A stretch of DNA of 61,717 bases, filler included, from Pirum gemmata (GCA_002812295.1; 17 parts of 17 records of this genome joined end to end with filler, not necessarily neighbours in it); one strand, 5' to 3'. Positions 37,960 through 50,854 are shown, counted from the first letter of the whole stretch. Notes: generated by a model from the letters alone, not told the origin. A program made the numbers and translations.

Positions 37960-40304
37960 TTATTCTTTGGTTTCTTCATTCGATTTTGTTGCTTCTTTTG
38001 CTTCGGCTTTTGTTTCTTCGTCTTTTGCTTTTTGTTTTTCTTCTTTTTCTTTTTCTTTTTCTTTTGTTGCTTCCGCTTTTGTTTCTTCTTCTTTTGTTTC
38101 TTCTGCTTTTGTTTCTTCTGCTTTTGTTTCTTCTGCTTTTGTTTCTTCTGTTTTTGTTTCTTCTGTTTTTGTTTCTTCTGCTTTTGTTTCTTCTGCTTTT
38201 GTTTCTTCTGCTTTTTTTTCTTCTGTTTTTGTTTCTTCTGCTTTTGTTTCTTCTGCTTTTGTTTCTTCCGCTTTTGTGTCTTTTTCTTTTGTTTCTTCCG
38301 CTTTTTTTTCTTCTGATTTTGTTTCTTCGGCTTTTGTTTCTTCGGCTTTTGTTTCTTCGGCTTTTGTTTCTTCCGATTTTGTTTTTTCCGATTTTGTTTC
38401 TTCCGCTTTTGTTTCTTCCGCTTTTGTTTCTTCCGCTTTTGTTTCTTCCGCTTTTGTTTCTTCCACTTTTGTTTCTTCCGCTTTTGTTGCTTCTTCTTTT
38501 GTTGCTTCTTCTTTTGTTTCTTCTTCTTTGGTTTCTTCTTTTATCTCTTCTTTAGACTCCGACTCATTCTCTTTTTCTGCTAACTCTGATGATTGCATTT
38601 CTTCTACCTTTGTGGTTTCATCCTCTTTGTTCTCGGCAACCTTGTTTTCTTCAGACTTTGCTATTACTATATTTTCTTTGCTTTTAGATTTTTTATTTTT
38701 CTTATCTTTTAAGCTCTTCTTTTTCTCGACCTTATTATCGCTTTCTTCTTCAGCTGCCACACTTTTGCCCGCATTTTTGCTATCACTCAACTTATTATCC
38801 GTCGAGCTCTTTTTCATTTTTTTCTTGTCTTCTTTATCCTGGTTTGTTGCACCATGTATTTTTAATGATTGAACTGATGTTTTTTTGGATAACTTTGTAG
38901 TCTTTTCTGCTTCACCTTCTCCTGCTTGCTTAGTATCGGCTTTTTCAGTTTTTACAGTTTGAGAACCTTTACTGTTTTGTTTACTGAGCTTACTAACTTC
39001 TTTATCTTTTGCAAATTGTTTAATTCCTCTTAATTCAAATTCGCTTGTAAACCATTCTAATGCTTCGGGAATAATCTATATGTAATAACAATATATATAT
39101 ATTAATTCTAAAAGAATTGGGTAACTGATAATAATAATAATGAGACAAAATGATAAGAAATCACAATCACAATAGTTATCGCGGAAATTACCAGAAACAC
39201 CATAAAATGGATGAGAGCAACGATAGCAAAATACACCAAAATTAACCATGAAACAGAAAAGAAAAAGGAAAATCAAAATCAAAATCAAAATCAAAATCGA
39301 AATCAAACCCAAACCCAAACCCGAACTCAAACTCAAACCCAAACCCAAACCCAAAATCAAAACCCAAAACCCAAAACCCAAACCCCAACCCCAACCCCAA
39401 ACTCAAACCCAAAATCAAAATCAAAATCAAAACCAAAATCAAAACCAAAATCAAAATCAAAATCAAAATCAAAATCAAAATCAAAACCAAAATCAAAATC
39501 AAAATCAAAATCAAAATCAAAATCAAAATCAAAATCAAAATCAAAAACCGTTCCAGGACTTTCATAAAGACTTGTAGCTTTTACATCCCAGCCGAATTTA
39601 GTTTCACTTAGAAGCCCCAGTTTTGTTTTTATATCTAGTAAAGAAGCTGCTTTATCTTTCAGATCCATTTTGTTGGCTAAAATTAAGAATGGGGGTATAT
39701 TTCTATTGTACTTGCTGCTATTTGTAGACCTTCGTTTGCGATCGCTACACACAAATTTATAATCCTTTTTTGGTTTTTCGGGCTCCTCCCCACCTTCACT
39801 ACCAGCGTTTGCCTCAGTAGTTTTGTCTTGTTTCTCTGAATTCTCTGTTTCGTTATTGTTGGTACTGGAAGAGCCACTACTTCGTTTACTTTCATTGCTT
39901 TTTTCATCGTTGTCCGGACAAAAAATAGCAAAAATTTCGTGCAAATCATCTCTGTACGCTTTAAATTGTTTATCACTTGCAGTACTGTCAACCATATATA
40001 CAATAACATCTGCTCTAGTATATCTTTTATCCATGGGTATTTGAGGGTAAATTCTGAATTCATAAAAATCACATAATCTTTTGACTCCTTTTACTTTTAT
40101 CTTTTCTTCTATGTTGAAAGAAATTTTGGGTTCGAAATCTTTATTTACTTTCCCGGTTTTTATATAATGAAGTAAAGTTGTTTTACCTGCATTGGATGGG
40201 CCGAAGATCACCACGTTAATTCTATTGATATGACCACCCGGAGGTGGCGGGATATTAGCATGCTCTGCATGCTCTAAAGCACGCATAGATTGTTGATTGC
40301 CCAT
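37960..40304 (-). CDS. Atypical Arf/Arl-family GTPase-like protein with a long Lys/Glu-rich EETKA-repeat tail; exons 40304-39549 and 39075-37960 (~623 aa)
   Basis: MG start, G1 GPSNAGKT, ADVIVYMVDS, G4 LILANKMD, G5-like KATS. The second exon starts IIPEALEWF (the Arf terminal helix) and runs in frame into the 37960-38817 ORF. Confidence 0.85.
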
Positions 40305-40701
40305 TTTATTTTATACCCTTGTTTTTTTTTGGTGTTGTTTGGTTTTCTTATTCTGATCCCTTGTTGTACTTATCACCTAGTATTACAAAAACAACTCTTT
40401 GCAGCCTTAAAATTTTAACTTTTTTTTTNNNNNNNNNNNNNNNNNNNNNNNNNNNNNNNNNNNNNNNNNNNNTTAATTAATTAANNNNNNNNNNNNNNNN
40501 NNNNNNNNNNNNNNNNNNNNNNNNNNNNGGTTAGGGTTAGGGTTAGTATTAGGGTTAGGGTTAGGGTTAGGGTTAGGGTTAGGGTTAGGGTTAAAAGGTT
40601 AGGATTAGGGTTAGGATTAGGGTTAGGGTTAGGGTAGGGTTAGGGTTAGGGTTAGGGGTAATAGGGGTAGTAGGGGTAGTAGGGTAGTATCATGATATAT
40701 A

Positions 40702-40968
40702 CCAGTAAAAAATCTGAGGATGGAAAAATCTGAACATGGAATTAAATCTAGAAGGGTATGTTTGTCAACTAAAACATCTAGATTGGTATTTCAAACTCTT
40801 TAATCGACATCTGGATACACTTTTTTATTTTTTTTTTGAGCAAAATCAAGTATCAAAAAAAAATATTGATTCAAACGATGGTTTTAAAGCCTAAAAATAC
40901 CAATCTAGATGCCCTAGTTGACAAAAATACCCTTCTAGATTCAATTCCATCTTCAGATTTTTTACTGG
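40702..40968. mobile_element. TA-flanked MITE with ~75-bp TIRs (CCAGTAAAAAATCTGARGATGGAA..), Tc1/mariner-type target site
   Basis: TA|CCAGTAAAAAATCTGAGGATGG ... CCATCTTCAGATTTTTTACTGG|TA. The arms continue through TCTAGAAGGGTA..GTCAACTA..CATCTAGATTGGTATTT. Confidence 0.88.
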
Positions 40969-41014
40969 TATTAATAATATCGTTTTTTTTCAATATGATA
41001 GTGTTATTAAAACG

Positions 41015-43056
41015 TTGTCCAGTTCAAAAACTGAAATAAACCTACCAAATTATTATTATCGTTAAACTATCAGACATGTTTTAATTTATTTGGTATTTTA
41101 TAAGTAATGTTTTGTATTTATAAAAAAGTTCAATTATACACTTAAACGGTACCAAATTAAAGATTGAGAGGGCAACTGTAATGAAATAAACAATAATCAC
41201 GATATTTTAAACTAAGGGAGTGTGTTCAAATAATACGTCACGTCAAGGGGTAGGTAGGGAGGTGGTATTTGACCGGAAATTAACGTCGAGGGGTAGGTAG
41301 GTATGGGGTATTTGAAGTTTTTTTGCAAGTTCAAAATTGAATTCCTCGCCGCTTGGGGAACGTTCATAATTATATAAAAGACGTCAATTATTCTTTGATA
41401 AAAGTCATTGCTCGAAAGTGTGACTTAAACTGTTTTAGGCAGTAATTAATTATTAAAATGAATTTTAAAGTCATGACTGAAAGTGTTTTGGACAAAGATA
41501 GGATGAAATACATTTTTTTAGAAAGTTTAGTGATAATAATAATATTATCGTTTCTAAAAATGGAGAAAATGTGGTGGGGAGCAGTGGTGGACTCGGGAGA
41601 GTCGGGAGACTCATTGTTCTCTCAATCTTTAATTTGGTACTGTTTAAGTGTATAATTGAACTTGTTTATAAATACAAAACATTACTTATAAAATACCAAA
41701 TAAATTAAAACATGTCTGATAGTTTAACGATAATAATAATTGGGTAGGTTTATTTGAGTTTCTTAACTGGACAATATGATTGATAATTTGATAGCCCTGA
41801 GAGGCTGAGATTGATAGCCCCAAACTTTATTGGTGCGGGTTTACCTAAAAAAGTTGCTATTTTCCAAATATGTAATCGCTTAAAATGGTAATATTTAACA
41901 AATATGGTTTTTTTAAAGTAGTAATCTAAATCTTAACAGGTGCAATATTTCCATATTTGTTTGTATTTTCCAATTTTGCAAATGCATGTAATTAATAATT
42001 TGTATCACTTTGCCCTCGCCTAGACATCAACTACACCTCAACAACACAAAGTCAACCCCACCATCACCATCACCATCACCATCATCATCACCATCACCAT
42101 CACCATCACCATCACCATTACCATCACCATCACCATCACCATCACCATCACCATCACCATCATACAGTTATCCTTTCAACCTTTAATTTGGTACTGTTTA
42201 AGTGTGTAATATTAATCAATATTATTAAATTTGTTTATAAAAATTACAACCAAAACATGTCTGATCCCCCGTCTACGTTTTGAGCTGAAATTTATTTCAG
42301 TTTTTGAACTCAATATGAGAATCCTTTCAATCTTTACTTTGATACTTTTTTAAAAGTGTATAATTGATATTGAACTTATTTATAAATTACAACTAAAAAA
42401 CATGCCTGATAGTTTAAATAAACCCCTTCTACGTTTATTTCAGTTTTTGAACTCGATATATAAAGACAGCTTTTAATTATAAATACTAGACTACGGTATA
42501 AATAAATATATCAAGAACCCCCCTTGAAAGGTCTAGACAACAACACGATACAATTATCGATTATAAATATCCATTTAATTTAATTTGGTATGTTTTATTA
42601 TTTGTGTATTGATTTAAAAATGTCAATTTAAAGATTATAACCCTCCAAATAAATATTCAAAGTGACAAAATAAAAGAAATGAGATAATATTAGAAATTTA
42701 CATAATTAGGGAGCGTTCAATAATTACGTAACGCCGATATATATATTTTTGCGTTATGTCATATTACGAAAATCTACCCCCCTCCTACTGCGTCACGGCC
42801 TGTCACAAAAATCTGACCCCCCCTACCTACCCCCTCAGCGTTACGTAATTATTGAACGCTCCCTTATTATCGTCTATTTCATTACAGTATAGACTAGTTA
42901 TTAATTAACGTTCTCTCAATCTTTAATTTGGTTTGTTTTAAGTGTATAATTGAACTGTTTTATAAAATGTAACATTAAGTATAAAATACCAAATAAATCA
43001 AAACGTGTCCGAATAAAAATAATTTGGTAAGTTTATTTCAGTTTTTGAACTGGACA
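41015..43056. repeat. Cluster of a ~160-bp repeat: 41015-41172 inverted relative to 41616-41775, ~42170-42312, ~42323-42455 and 42910-43056
   Basis: Shared core TCAATCTTTAATTTGGTACTGTTTAAGTGTATAATTGAAC..AAACATGTCTGAT..TTTATTTCAGTTTTTGAACT. Confidence 0.85.
42709..42863. mobile_element. PIF/Harbinger-type (Tourist-like) MITE, 155 bp
   Basis: Perfect 26-bp TIRs GGGAGCGTTCAATAATTACGTAACGC and TTA target duplication (42706-42708, 42864-42866). Related ends lie at ~41214-41316 and, reversed, at ~23200-23278. Confidence 0.92.
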
Positions 43057-43142
43057 TTAGTGTAAATGATTTTCAGTAGTTGTTTTGTCATCATAAATTA
43101 AACAATAAATATCATAGCTAGGATAATATCATAGTAACAAAT

Positions 43143-43207
<65 letters not shown>

Positions 43208-43645
43208 ACAATAATTAATACAATTGTCATCATAAATTAAACAATAAATAGTAGGTCTAACAAATTTAAATTAAAATACAATATAATGCAAAAATATAAA
43301 ATAATGACAACACTAGAAAACATAATATACACCAACACAAGTTACACAAACAAGAAAATAAAATAAACAACTTAAGCACTAGTACTACAGGAAACTTAGT
43401 TAGGCACTGGAACTTCTACAACATCATTTATAATATTCCAAAAATCTTACTCAAAACTAATAGGGATCAATAGAAACATAACAAAATTAACTAACCACAA
43501 CAACATCACACTATTTATTTAATTAGCCCGAAACCTAAATAAATAAAATAAAATTGAAAAAAAAAGTAAAAAATATTCGTTACGATAAAATAATAATTAT
43601 AAATTTAAAAAACAACCACCACCACCACCACTGCCACCACCAAAA

Positions 43646-43807
43646 ATGGACCCAAAGCCTTGGATTCCGTTTTTGATAAACAACGAAGTTTATTATTCAA
43701 AATCAGACTTTGATTTAGAAGCCAAATCCTGCTCGTTTTGGGTAACAAATGGTTCTGAAATTTGGGTGGAGGATCTTGATGAACGAGGGATAATTGAAAA
43801 TATGGAG
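43646..43807 (+). CDS. NHEJ1: First exon of an XLF/Cernunnos (XRCC4-superfamily) NHEJ factor-like protein
   Basis: MDPKPWIPFLINNEVYYSKSDF..CSFWVTNGSEIWVEDLDERGIIENME followed by a GT donor. It parallels the XLF head QPWAWL..LLAK..YALLVSDLQQVWHEQVD. Confidence 0.55.
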
Positions 43808-43974
43808 GTCATTATGCTATTTGTTATTATTATTATTACTATTACTATTACTATTATTATTATTATTATTACTANNNNNNNNNNNNNNNNNNNNNNNNNN
43901 NNNNNNNNNNNNNNNNNNTTAATTAATTAANNNNNNNNNNNNNNNNNNNNNNNNNNNNNNNNNNNNNNNNNNNN

Positions 43975-45215
43975 TTATTGTTATTGTTATTGTTATTATT
44001 ATTATTATTGTTACTGTTATTGTTATTTAATATAATATTATATTGCTATTGTTATTTTTATTGTTAGTGTTATTGTTTTTGTTATTGTTATTGTTATTGT
44101 TATTGTTATTGTTATTGTTATTGTTATTGTTATTGTATTGTAATGTAATATTTATTGATATATTGATATTATATTAATATATTTTTATTGTCATTGCTGT
44201 TGTTATTGTTATTGTTATTGACTGTTATTGTTATTGTTATTGGTATTGGTATTAGTATTGGTAATGGTATTGTTAGTATTATTAATATTAATTGATATTG
44301 TTAAAATATTGTTATTGTAATTGTTATTGTTATTGTTAACGTTATTGTTATTGTTATTAATTATTTTCTTATCGCTATTGTTATTGTTATTATTATTGTT
44401 GTTGTTGTTATTGTTATTGTTATTTTATAGCTATGGACTCCTAATTACTATATATCTTGTTAGTTCGAATTCTAGACTCTAACAGGATTGTAAATAGGAG
44501 ACGTCTATAATATGTTATTGTACTTTCTTGTTACATATTGTTATATTGTTATTGTTAATATTGTTATTGTTATTGTTATTGTTATTGTTATTGTTATTAT
44601 TATTGTTATTGTTATTGTTATTGATTGTTATTGTTATTGATTGTTATTAATATTAATATTAATTAATATTGTTATTGTTATTGTCATTGTTATTGTTATT
44701 GTTATTATTTGTTATTGTTATTGTAATTATTGTTATTGTTATTGTTATTGTTATATATTGTTATATTGTAAAATATAGAAAATCTGTGCGATGGTTCTAT
44801 AGACTTTATCGGCCTGGAAAAATTAAGACAAATTGAAAAGCTTAGTATTAGCTTTAAATTTATTTTAAACAACTTCATCATAATCATTTTTACTTTCAAA
44901 TCAAAAAATTATCACAGTTAAAATATTTATATCTTTTTATATATACTTCAGGTCTATTAGATAAATATTATTATTATTATTATTATTATTATTGTTATTA
45001 TTGTTATTGTTATTGTTATTGTAATTGTTATTGTTATTGTTATTGTTATTGTTATTGTTATTGTTATTGTTATTNTTGTTATTGTTATTGTTATTGTTAT
45101 TAATTGTTATTAATTGTTATTGTTATTGCTATTGCTATTGTTATTGTTATTAATAAATAATATTGTTATTGTTATTGTTATTGTGTTTTGGTTATGTTAT
45201 TGTTACTGCTATTGT
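43975..45215 (+). repeat. (TTGTTA)n microsatellite-rich tract
   Basis: Seen directly. Short non-repetitive islands (e.g. 44779-44843) may be exons. Confidence 0.92.
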
Positions 45216-45661
45216 TTTATCCTCGAAAAAAAAAAAAAAAAACGAAACCTTTCAAAACCTGTTGAAACAAAATTGTGAGTTTCGGACAGGCGTTAATCTC
45301 TACTTTCGTATGCGCTGAGTAGTACTGAGTGCTCCTGAGTTTATATACATATCATATTTAATAATAATATTATTATTATTATGCATCAAATCACCCTAAC
45401 TTTTTTTTCTTAGCCCGAAAAATCTCGAACCAATTCGAATTCCTTTAATCCCTTCATTCAAATATGGCTGTGTAAATAATTTATATTATTATTATCTACA
45501 TCTATAGCTAATTGAGATCATAAAAAATTAAGATTTTACTGTCGCATAAAGTGTCTATATTAATATAAAAATTTATATATATTATATGATAACTATGATA
45601 ACCACAATAGGTGCAAGTATGGAGATTAAATAATATAATTACTTACGCTGTTAAAACATTT

Positions 45662-45693
<32 letters not shown>

Positions 45694-46766
45694 GCTCTCG
45701 TTACTTCATAATACATAAATATTGCAATCATTTCTACTACGTATACGTATATTAGTACTTGTACTGGTATTAATATTGATTGTTATTATTAAAATTAATA
45801 TTAATATTAATATATCATATAATACTTTTATTTTTTTTAAAAAAAAACAATACTATATAATTTTTTTTATTTCTTAAATTTTACCATTTATTAATTTATA
45901 ATTATTATTGATCCTTTAAAAAATTTATGCTCATAATTATAATTATCTGGTTAAGGTTATTGTAGTCACAGTAGTTGTTGTTTTTATTGCTGTTAATACG
46001 ATAAATCTAATTAATTATATTTAATATTATATGATCATTAAAAAAAAGGTTGCAAATATTATATTTATTTATTATGCCGAAAAGCCCACATACGGATCCC
46101 CGGATCCATATGTATTATATTGTTAACGTTGTCAGGGTTAGGTAATTAGGATTAAGCATAATTTTTATAAAAACTTATAAAAATATATAGTTTTCACGAA
46201 ATTTCTACTATTTTGCTAAAATGTAGGTTGAGAATTGGTTGAGCCTACTACTGTAAGGGTGTTAAATTAATTAATAATGTTGTTATTGTTATTGCTATTG
46301 TTATTGTTTTGTTATATTATAATATTATAATATATTTATATTGTTATTTTTATTGCTATATTTATATATTAATTTAATATTGTGGTTGTAATTGTGATTG
46401 TGATAGTGAGTGTTACATGTTTACTGTTATTCCTATTATATATGATACTTCATTTTTATATGGTTATTATTATTGTATCTATATTTTTATTGAAAGAGAG
46501 AAGGTTAGGTAATTGGGAGCAGGGTAAGGAAGTTTTTAATATTGTTATTAATTAATATAATATTATTTTTAATATTGTCAATGTTATTGTTATTGTTATT
46601 AATATTCTTATTATTATTCTTATTGATTGTGAGTGTTATTTTATTGTATCTATATTTTTATTGATACGGTGAGTAAAAAAAAAGAACCTCACTCTCCTGT
46701 GCAAAATACAGATTTTGATTACATTTATATTTTCTTTATTTTTCTTGTAAAATTATGCCAACAAAT

Positions 46767-46798
<32 letters not shown>

Positions 46799-47556
46799 CA
46801 GTTAAGTAGTAGTGTATCTATCATAATAATAATAATATAGATATTATAGTAAATTTTGAATTAATTTAATGGCGAAATTAACCCAAAATTTACTATTTAT
46901 TATGTATACATGATATAAATTGACTAATCAATATTATACTTCATAAAGGTATTGATAATAATAATAATAATACTATCGATACAATATTAATAATTATTTT
47001 TTTAAAAAAAAGTGCTTCTGCGAAATTGTGCTTCTGCGAAATTCACAAAAGCGCTTTCACAATGATTAGTTTACAAACCACCAAAAAGAAAAGTATCAGA
47101 AAGAAACGGCTTAGAAACAGGGTGACTTGAGTCACTACTATCATTTATTTATGATATAAATAAGGGGAACCACAGTCTATTTTAAAATTAATAATAATAA
47201 TAATTACTATTACTCTATTTTAGCCATGTGTAAACATTGTGGAAGTGTAATATTTTTTTTTCTGAAGAGAAATTTTATTTATTTATTTATTTATTTATTT
47301 ATTTNNNNNNNNNNNNNNNNNNNNNNNNNNNNNNNNNNNNNNNNNNNNTTAATTAATTAANNNNNNNNNNNNNNNNNNNNNNNNNNNNNNNNNNNNNNNN
47401 NNNNAAAAAAAAATAAAAAAAAAAAAAAAAAAAAAAAAAATATTTATGTATTTTGAAAAAAAATATATAGTTTTTTTTTTGTTTTTTTTTATGTTTTATT
47501 TCAATTTTCAACTGTTTTTTTGCATTTATATTATTAATTAATCAATATACTCCAAG

Positions 47557-48792
47557 ATGTTTCTTAATAACTCAGTTTTTCTATTAAGCTTAAGCTTAAT
47601 TACTTGTAATGCACATGCGTTCACATTTAAATATCAACAAACGGACCAACAACATCAACGACATGTGCCACAACAACAACAACCACCACATGCACAACAA
47701 CAACTTAATTTGAAAATACAATTACAATTAGATATACAACCAGGACCAGAACTACCTGATAATGAACACATACCTTTAAATTTGTCAAAAGAGAAAAGTC
47801 TCGATCCGAATGATACGATAATTAACTTTCAAGCAATACAAAACCATATTAAACAACGGAAACAACAACAAACACAAAGAAAAAATTCATTGTCTGGTAA
47901 AATTGGTAATAAAGAATACTCTAATGATGTAAAAAACTTAAGAATTGTCGAACACGCTTACAACAAAGCTCGTAGTGTCTATTGTTCTGGGACACAGCTG
48001 TACCCCCGATACAATTGCTCAGTGTGCAATAAAGAAGAGACAGAAGGAAATTTACAATACGGAATTGAACCAGATTTTACTGTAGATCATTATTTCCAAG
48101 GCTCCCTAAACACTGCTTGTTTTGTAGGTTATAGTAAAGAGGAGAAAACCATTTGGTTAACTTTTCGAGGAACACAAATGAATTCCATAACAAATTGGTT
48201 AACAGATTTCAATATTCATTTAACGCGTTTAGATAATCGTATCGATGATGTTTTTGTGCACGCTGGTATGTACAAAGCTTGGATGTTGGTTAGAGATGAA
48301 ATGATTACATCGATATTGAAACTTCAAACATTATATCCTGATTACAAGATCGGTATTACTGGTCATAGTCTTGGGGGTGGATTGGCTACTATAGCTGCAT
48401 GTGATCTGAAATATAATCATTCTCTCTCGATTGAAAACTTTGTTACATTTGGTCAACCTAGAGTTGGTAATTCACAGTTTGTGACGTGGTGGTATCAAAA
48501 TTTCAAAGATACTTTTGTTAGGAGAGTAACACATGCAACGGATGTGATTCCTCATACTCTACCATTCGGTGATTATACTCATATGGGTCCAGAACTTTGG
48601 CAACAAAATGAGGACTTTAATAACAATCGTTTATGTATTGACGGAGAAGATGAAAATTGTTCTGCTTCGCAAATACCGTTGTTTTCAGCTTTAGGCGACC
48701 ATTTGAATTATTTAACCGTTCCGGTGGGTACTTCCACATGTGATGTTAAACCAGGAGAAGAAAAAAATGATAGAAATGACTATCTTTGGTAA
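47557..48792 (+). CDS. Secreted class 3 lipase (Lipase_3), intronless, complete
   Basis: Signal peptide and Q-rich propeptide. Motifs LTFRGT, VHAG, GHSLGG (nucleophile), TFGQPRVGN, DVIPH and DHLNY. Confidence 0.96.
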   Translation: MFLNNSVFLLSLSLITCNAHAFTFKYQQTDQQHQRHVPQQQQPPHAQQQLNLKIQLQLDIQPGPELPDNEHIPLNLSKEKSLDPNDTIINFQAIQNHIKQRKQQQTQRKNSLSGKIGNKEYSNDVKNLRIVEHAYNKARSVYCSGTQLYPRYNCSVCNKEETEGNLQYGIEPDFTVDHYFQGSLNTACFVGYSKEEKTIWLTFRGTQMNSITNWLTDFNIHLTRLDNRIDDVFVHAGMYKAWMLVRDEMITSILKLQTLYPDYKIGITGHSLGGGLATIAACDLKYNHSLSIENFVTFGQPRVGNSQFVTWWYQNFKDTFVRRVTHATDVIPHTLPFGDYTHMGPELWQQNEDFNNNRLCIDGEDENCSASQIPLFSALGDHLNYLTVPVGTSTCDVKPGEEKNDRNDYLW

Positions 48793-49099
48793 ATTTATAT
48801 TAATTTTGTAAAGTTTCATATGTATATAATTATAATTATAATTATAAAAAAAACTAATAAATACCACTAATATTGTATATTATATATCATTGTTAATTTT
48901 TTGCATATTGTATTAATATATATATGGAGCCAGTACATAATAATTTAAACAACTTTTGTATGATGGATGTTTATTTCACTTAGCGTATGATAATTATATT
49001 GTAATTAAAACAAAACAATAATAAGAAATGAAATAAGTTTTTTCGACCTGCTGGGTTTTGGTGACTTGGAGTGTTTATTTCATTTCTTATTTCTCTGTA

Positions 49100-49639
49100 C
49101 ACTACACTTCAACGTAGACTGCCGCCATTTCTTGGTGGTAACTGTTATATAGTATTACTTTATTCTGAGAAATTATTACTATATACGAAATCATTGTTTT
49201 TAGTGGTTAGATGATCTAGCTAAAACATATTTTTAAAAATTATTAGATTTACTGTGTCTTGAGTAGTTTTCACCACTTAATTTTGCACCAATTTTACGCA
49301 ACCTTGTTAAAATAATTTCTAATCTTTCTAATAGAATATCAAAAGTTTTAGCACCTAACGATAAGTCGTCTAAATAACATATTACATAATCTAAATCATA
49401 AAATTGAGTTTGTATTAGTCTACAAAATAAATGACTACTATTAACAAAGCCTTGTGGTAAAGTTGTGTAGCATACTCTCCTAGTTGGAGTAGAAAAAGTT
49501 GTTCAAGTATTTTTGGTTTGACTTTACAATCTTTTGAAATGTGATTGTTATAACCACAAACTAAACATTTTCTTTTATCACTATTATTATTATCATTGTT
49601 GTTATTATTATTGTTATTTCTGTCTCTCTTGCCCTTATT

Positions 49640-49672
<33 letters not shown>

Positions 49673-49673
49673 C

Positions 49674-49710
<37 letters not shown>

Positions 49711-50747
49711 CTCTCTCTTGATATANCTCTCTCTTGATATAAACACCAAAATGTTTTATACCAGGTAGCAACCTCTGTTGCAATACCTCTGTAGGTACGA
49801 AGCATATTATGCATATCTTTAGCGCACCTTGCCCCTAGACTATGCATTATATCTACCTTTTCTCCATTTACCATGATCGTGAAACGGTCTTCAGTTAAAT
49901 CTACCTCGTGAGTTTCTTTATTCTCCGCCGGAAGTACATTTTTGTCAATTTTTACACCATCGTAGCTTTCGTTTTTTAATTTTTTGGCCTCTTTCGCAAT
50001 AGTGTCTTCGCTGTTAGATCTTTTCGAGCTGTTATTATTATTCATGTTTATCGCCTCAAAAATGACCAAGCAAAACATGAATAATAATAACAGCTAGAAA
50101 AGATCTAACAGCGAAGACACTATTGCGAAAGAGGCCAAGAAATCAAAAACCGAAAGCTATGATGGGGTAAAAATTGATAAAAGTGTACTTCCGGCGGAGA
50201 ATAAAGAAACGCATGAAGTAGATTTATCCGAAGACCGTTTTACAATCATGGTAAATGGAGAAAAGGTAGATAGACCGGAACCAAATGAATTTATGAAATG
50301 GAAGAACATTGATAAACAACTGGTAAATTCAATGGAATTTCAACTGGCGGAGGTCCCTATTAATTTGCAAAACAAAGTATGGGGAAAAATAAAATTCGAA
50401 CATTTAAAGAAAGTTCGAATGGGAAAGAAAATCGAATACACAGCGAAAGAATTAAAAGAAAACGGGAAGCTCGTACAAATGAAAAATGGACACGAATCTT
50501 TCGGATGGTCGGTTTACCGTTAAAAGTGTGGTAATCATTTACTTTCTGTCTTAACCTTTGTTTAGTATCATAGCTTGGCGCAGCTTTTTCCCTTGGAATA
50601 TTATTATGCGGATTCTCATTAATTAAAGCTTTAAACCATGATTCTTTTTGTATGCTCTGAATCAATTTTTTGTGTTCGTTCGTGGTTAAAGCCTTTTCTT
50701 TCATTGCGTTGATCATTTTCACTTACACTATACAACCGTCTTTGGAA
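49100..50747. mobile_element. Scrambled, internally deleted Ty3/gypsy LTR-retrotransposon relic
   Basis: Minus strand: zinc knuckle CLVCGYNNHISKDC (~49527-49568); RT TTFSTPTRRVCYTTLPQGFVNSSHLFCRLIQTQFYDLDYVICYLDDLSLGAKTFDILLERLEIILTRLRKIGAKLS (49502-~49266); RNase H-like YNSYHQEMAAVY (~49115-49150). Further ORF pieces lie on both strands up to the contig end. Confidence 0.85.
49850..50272. repeat. Inverted repeat: two 200-bp arms (49850-50049, 50073-50272) with a 23-nt spacer
   Basis: Hand alignment gives 15 mismatches and no gaps. Both arms begin AAACATGAATAATAATAACAGC, head to head. Confidence 0.95.
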
Positions 50748-50854
50748 NNNNNNNNNNNNNNNNNNNNNNNNNNNNNNNNNNNNNNNNNNNNTTAATTAAT
50801 TAANNNNNNNNNNNNNNNNNNNNNNNNNNNNNNNNNNNNNNNNNNNNTGAATCA

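Noticed and set aside
37955..38872. Plus-strand hydrophobic FVSSA-repeat ORFs
   Set aside because: Antisense shadows of the EETKA tail, which splices to the Arf-like exon.
30554..43807. Apparent clustering of DNA-repair genes (BRCA2-like, XLF-like)
   Set aside because: They are on different contigs joined by artificial linkers, so proximity is meaningless.
44779..44843. Possible RasGEF-like exon (NLCDGSIDFIGLEKLRQI)
   Set aside because: About 20 aa with a weak resemblance and no supporting neighbouring exons.
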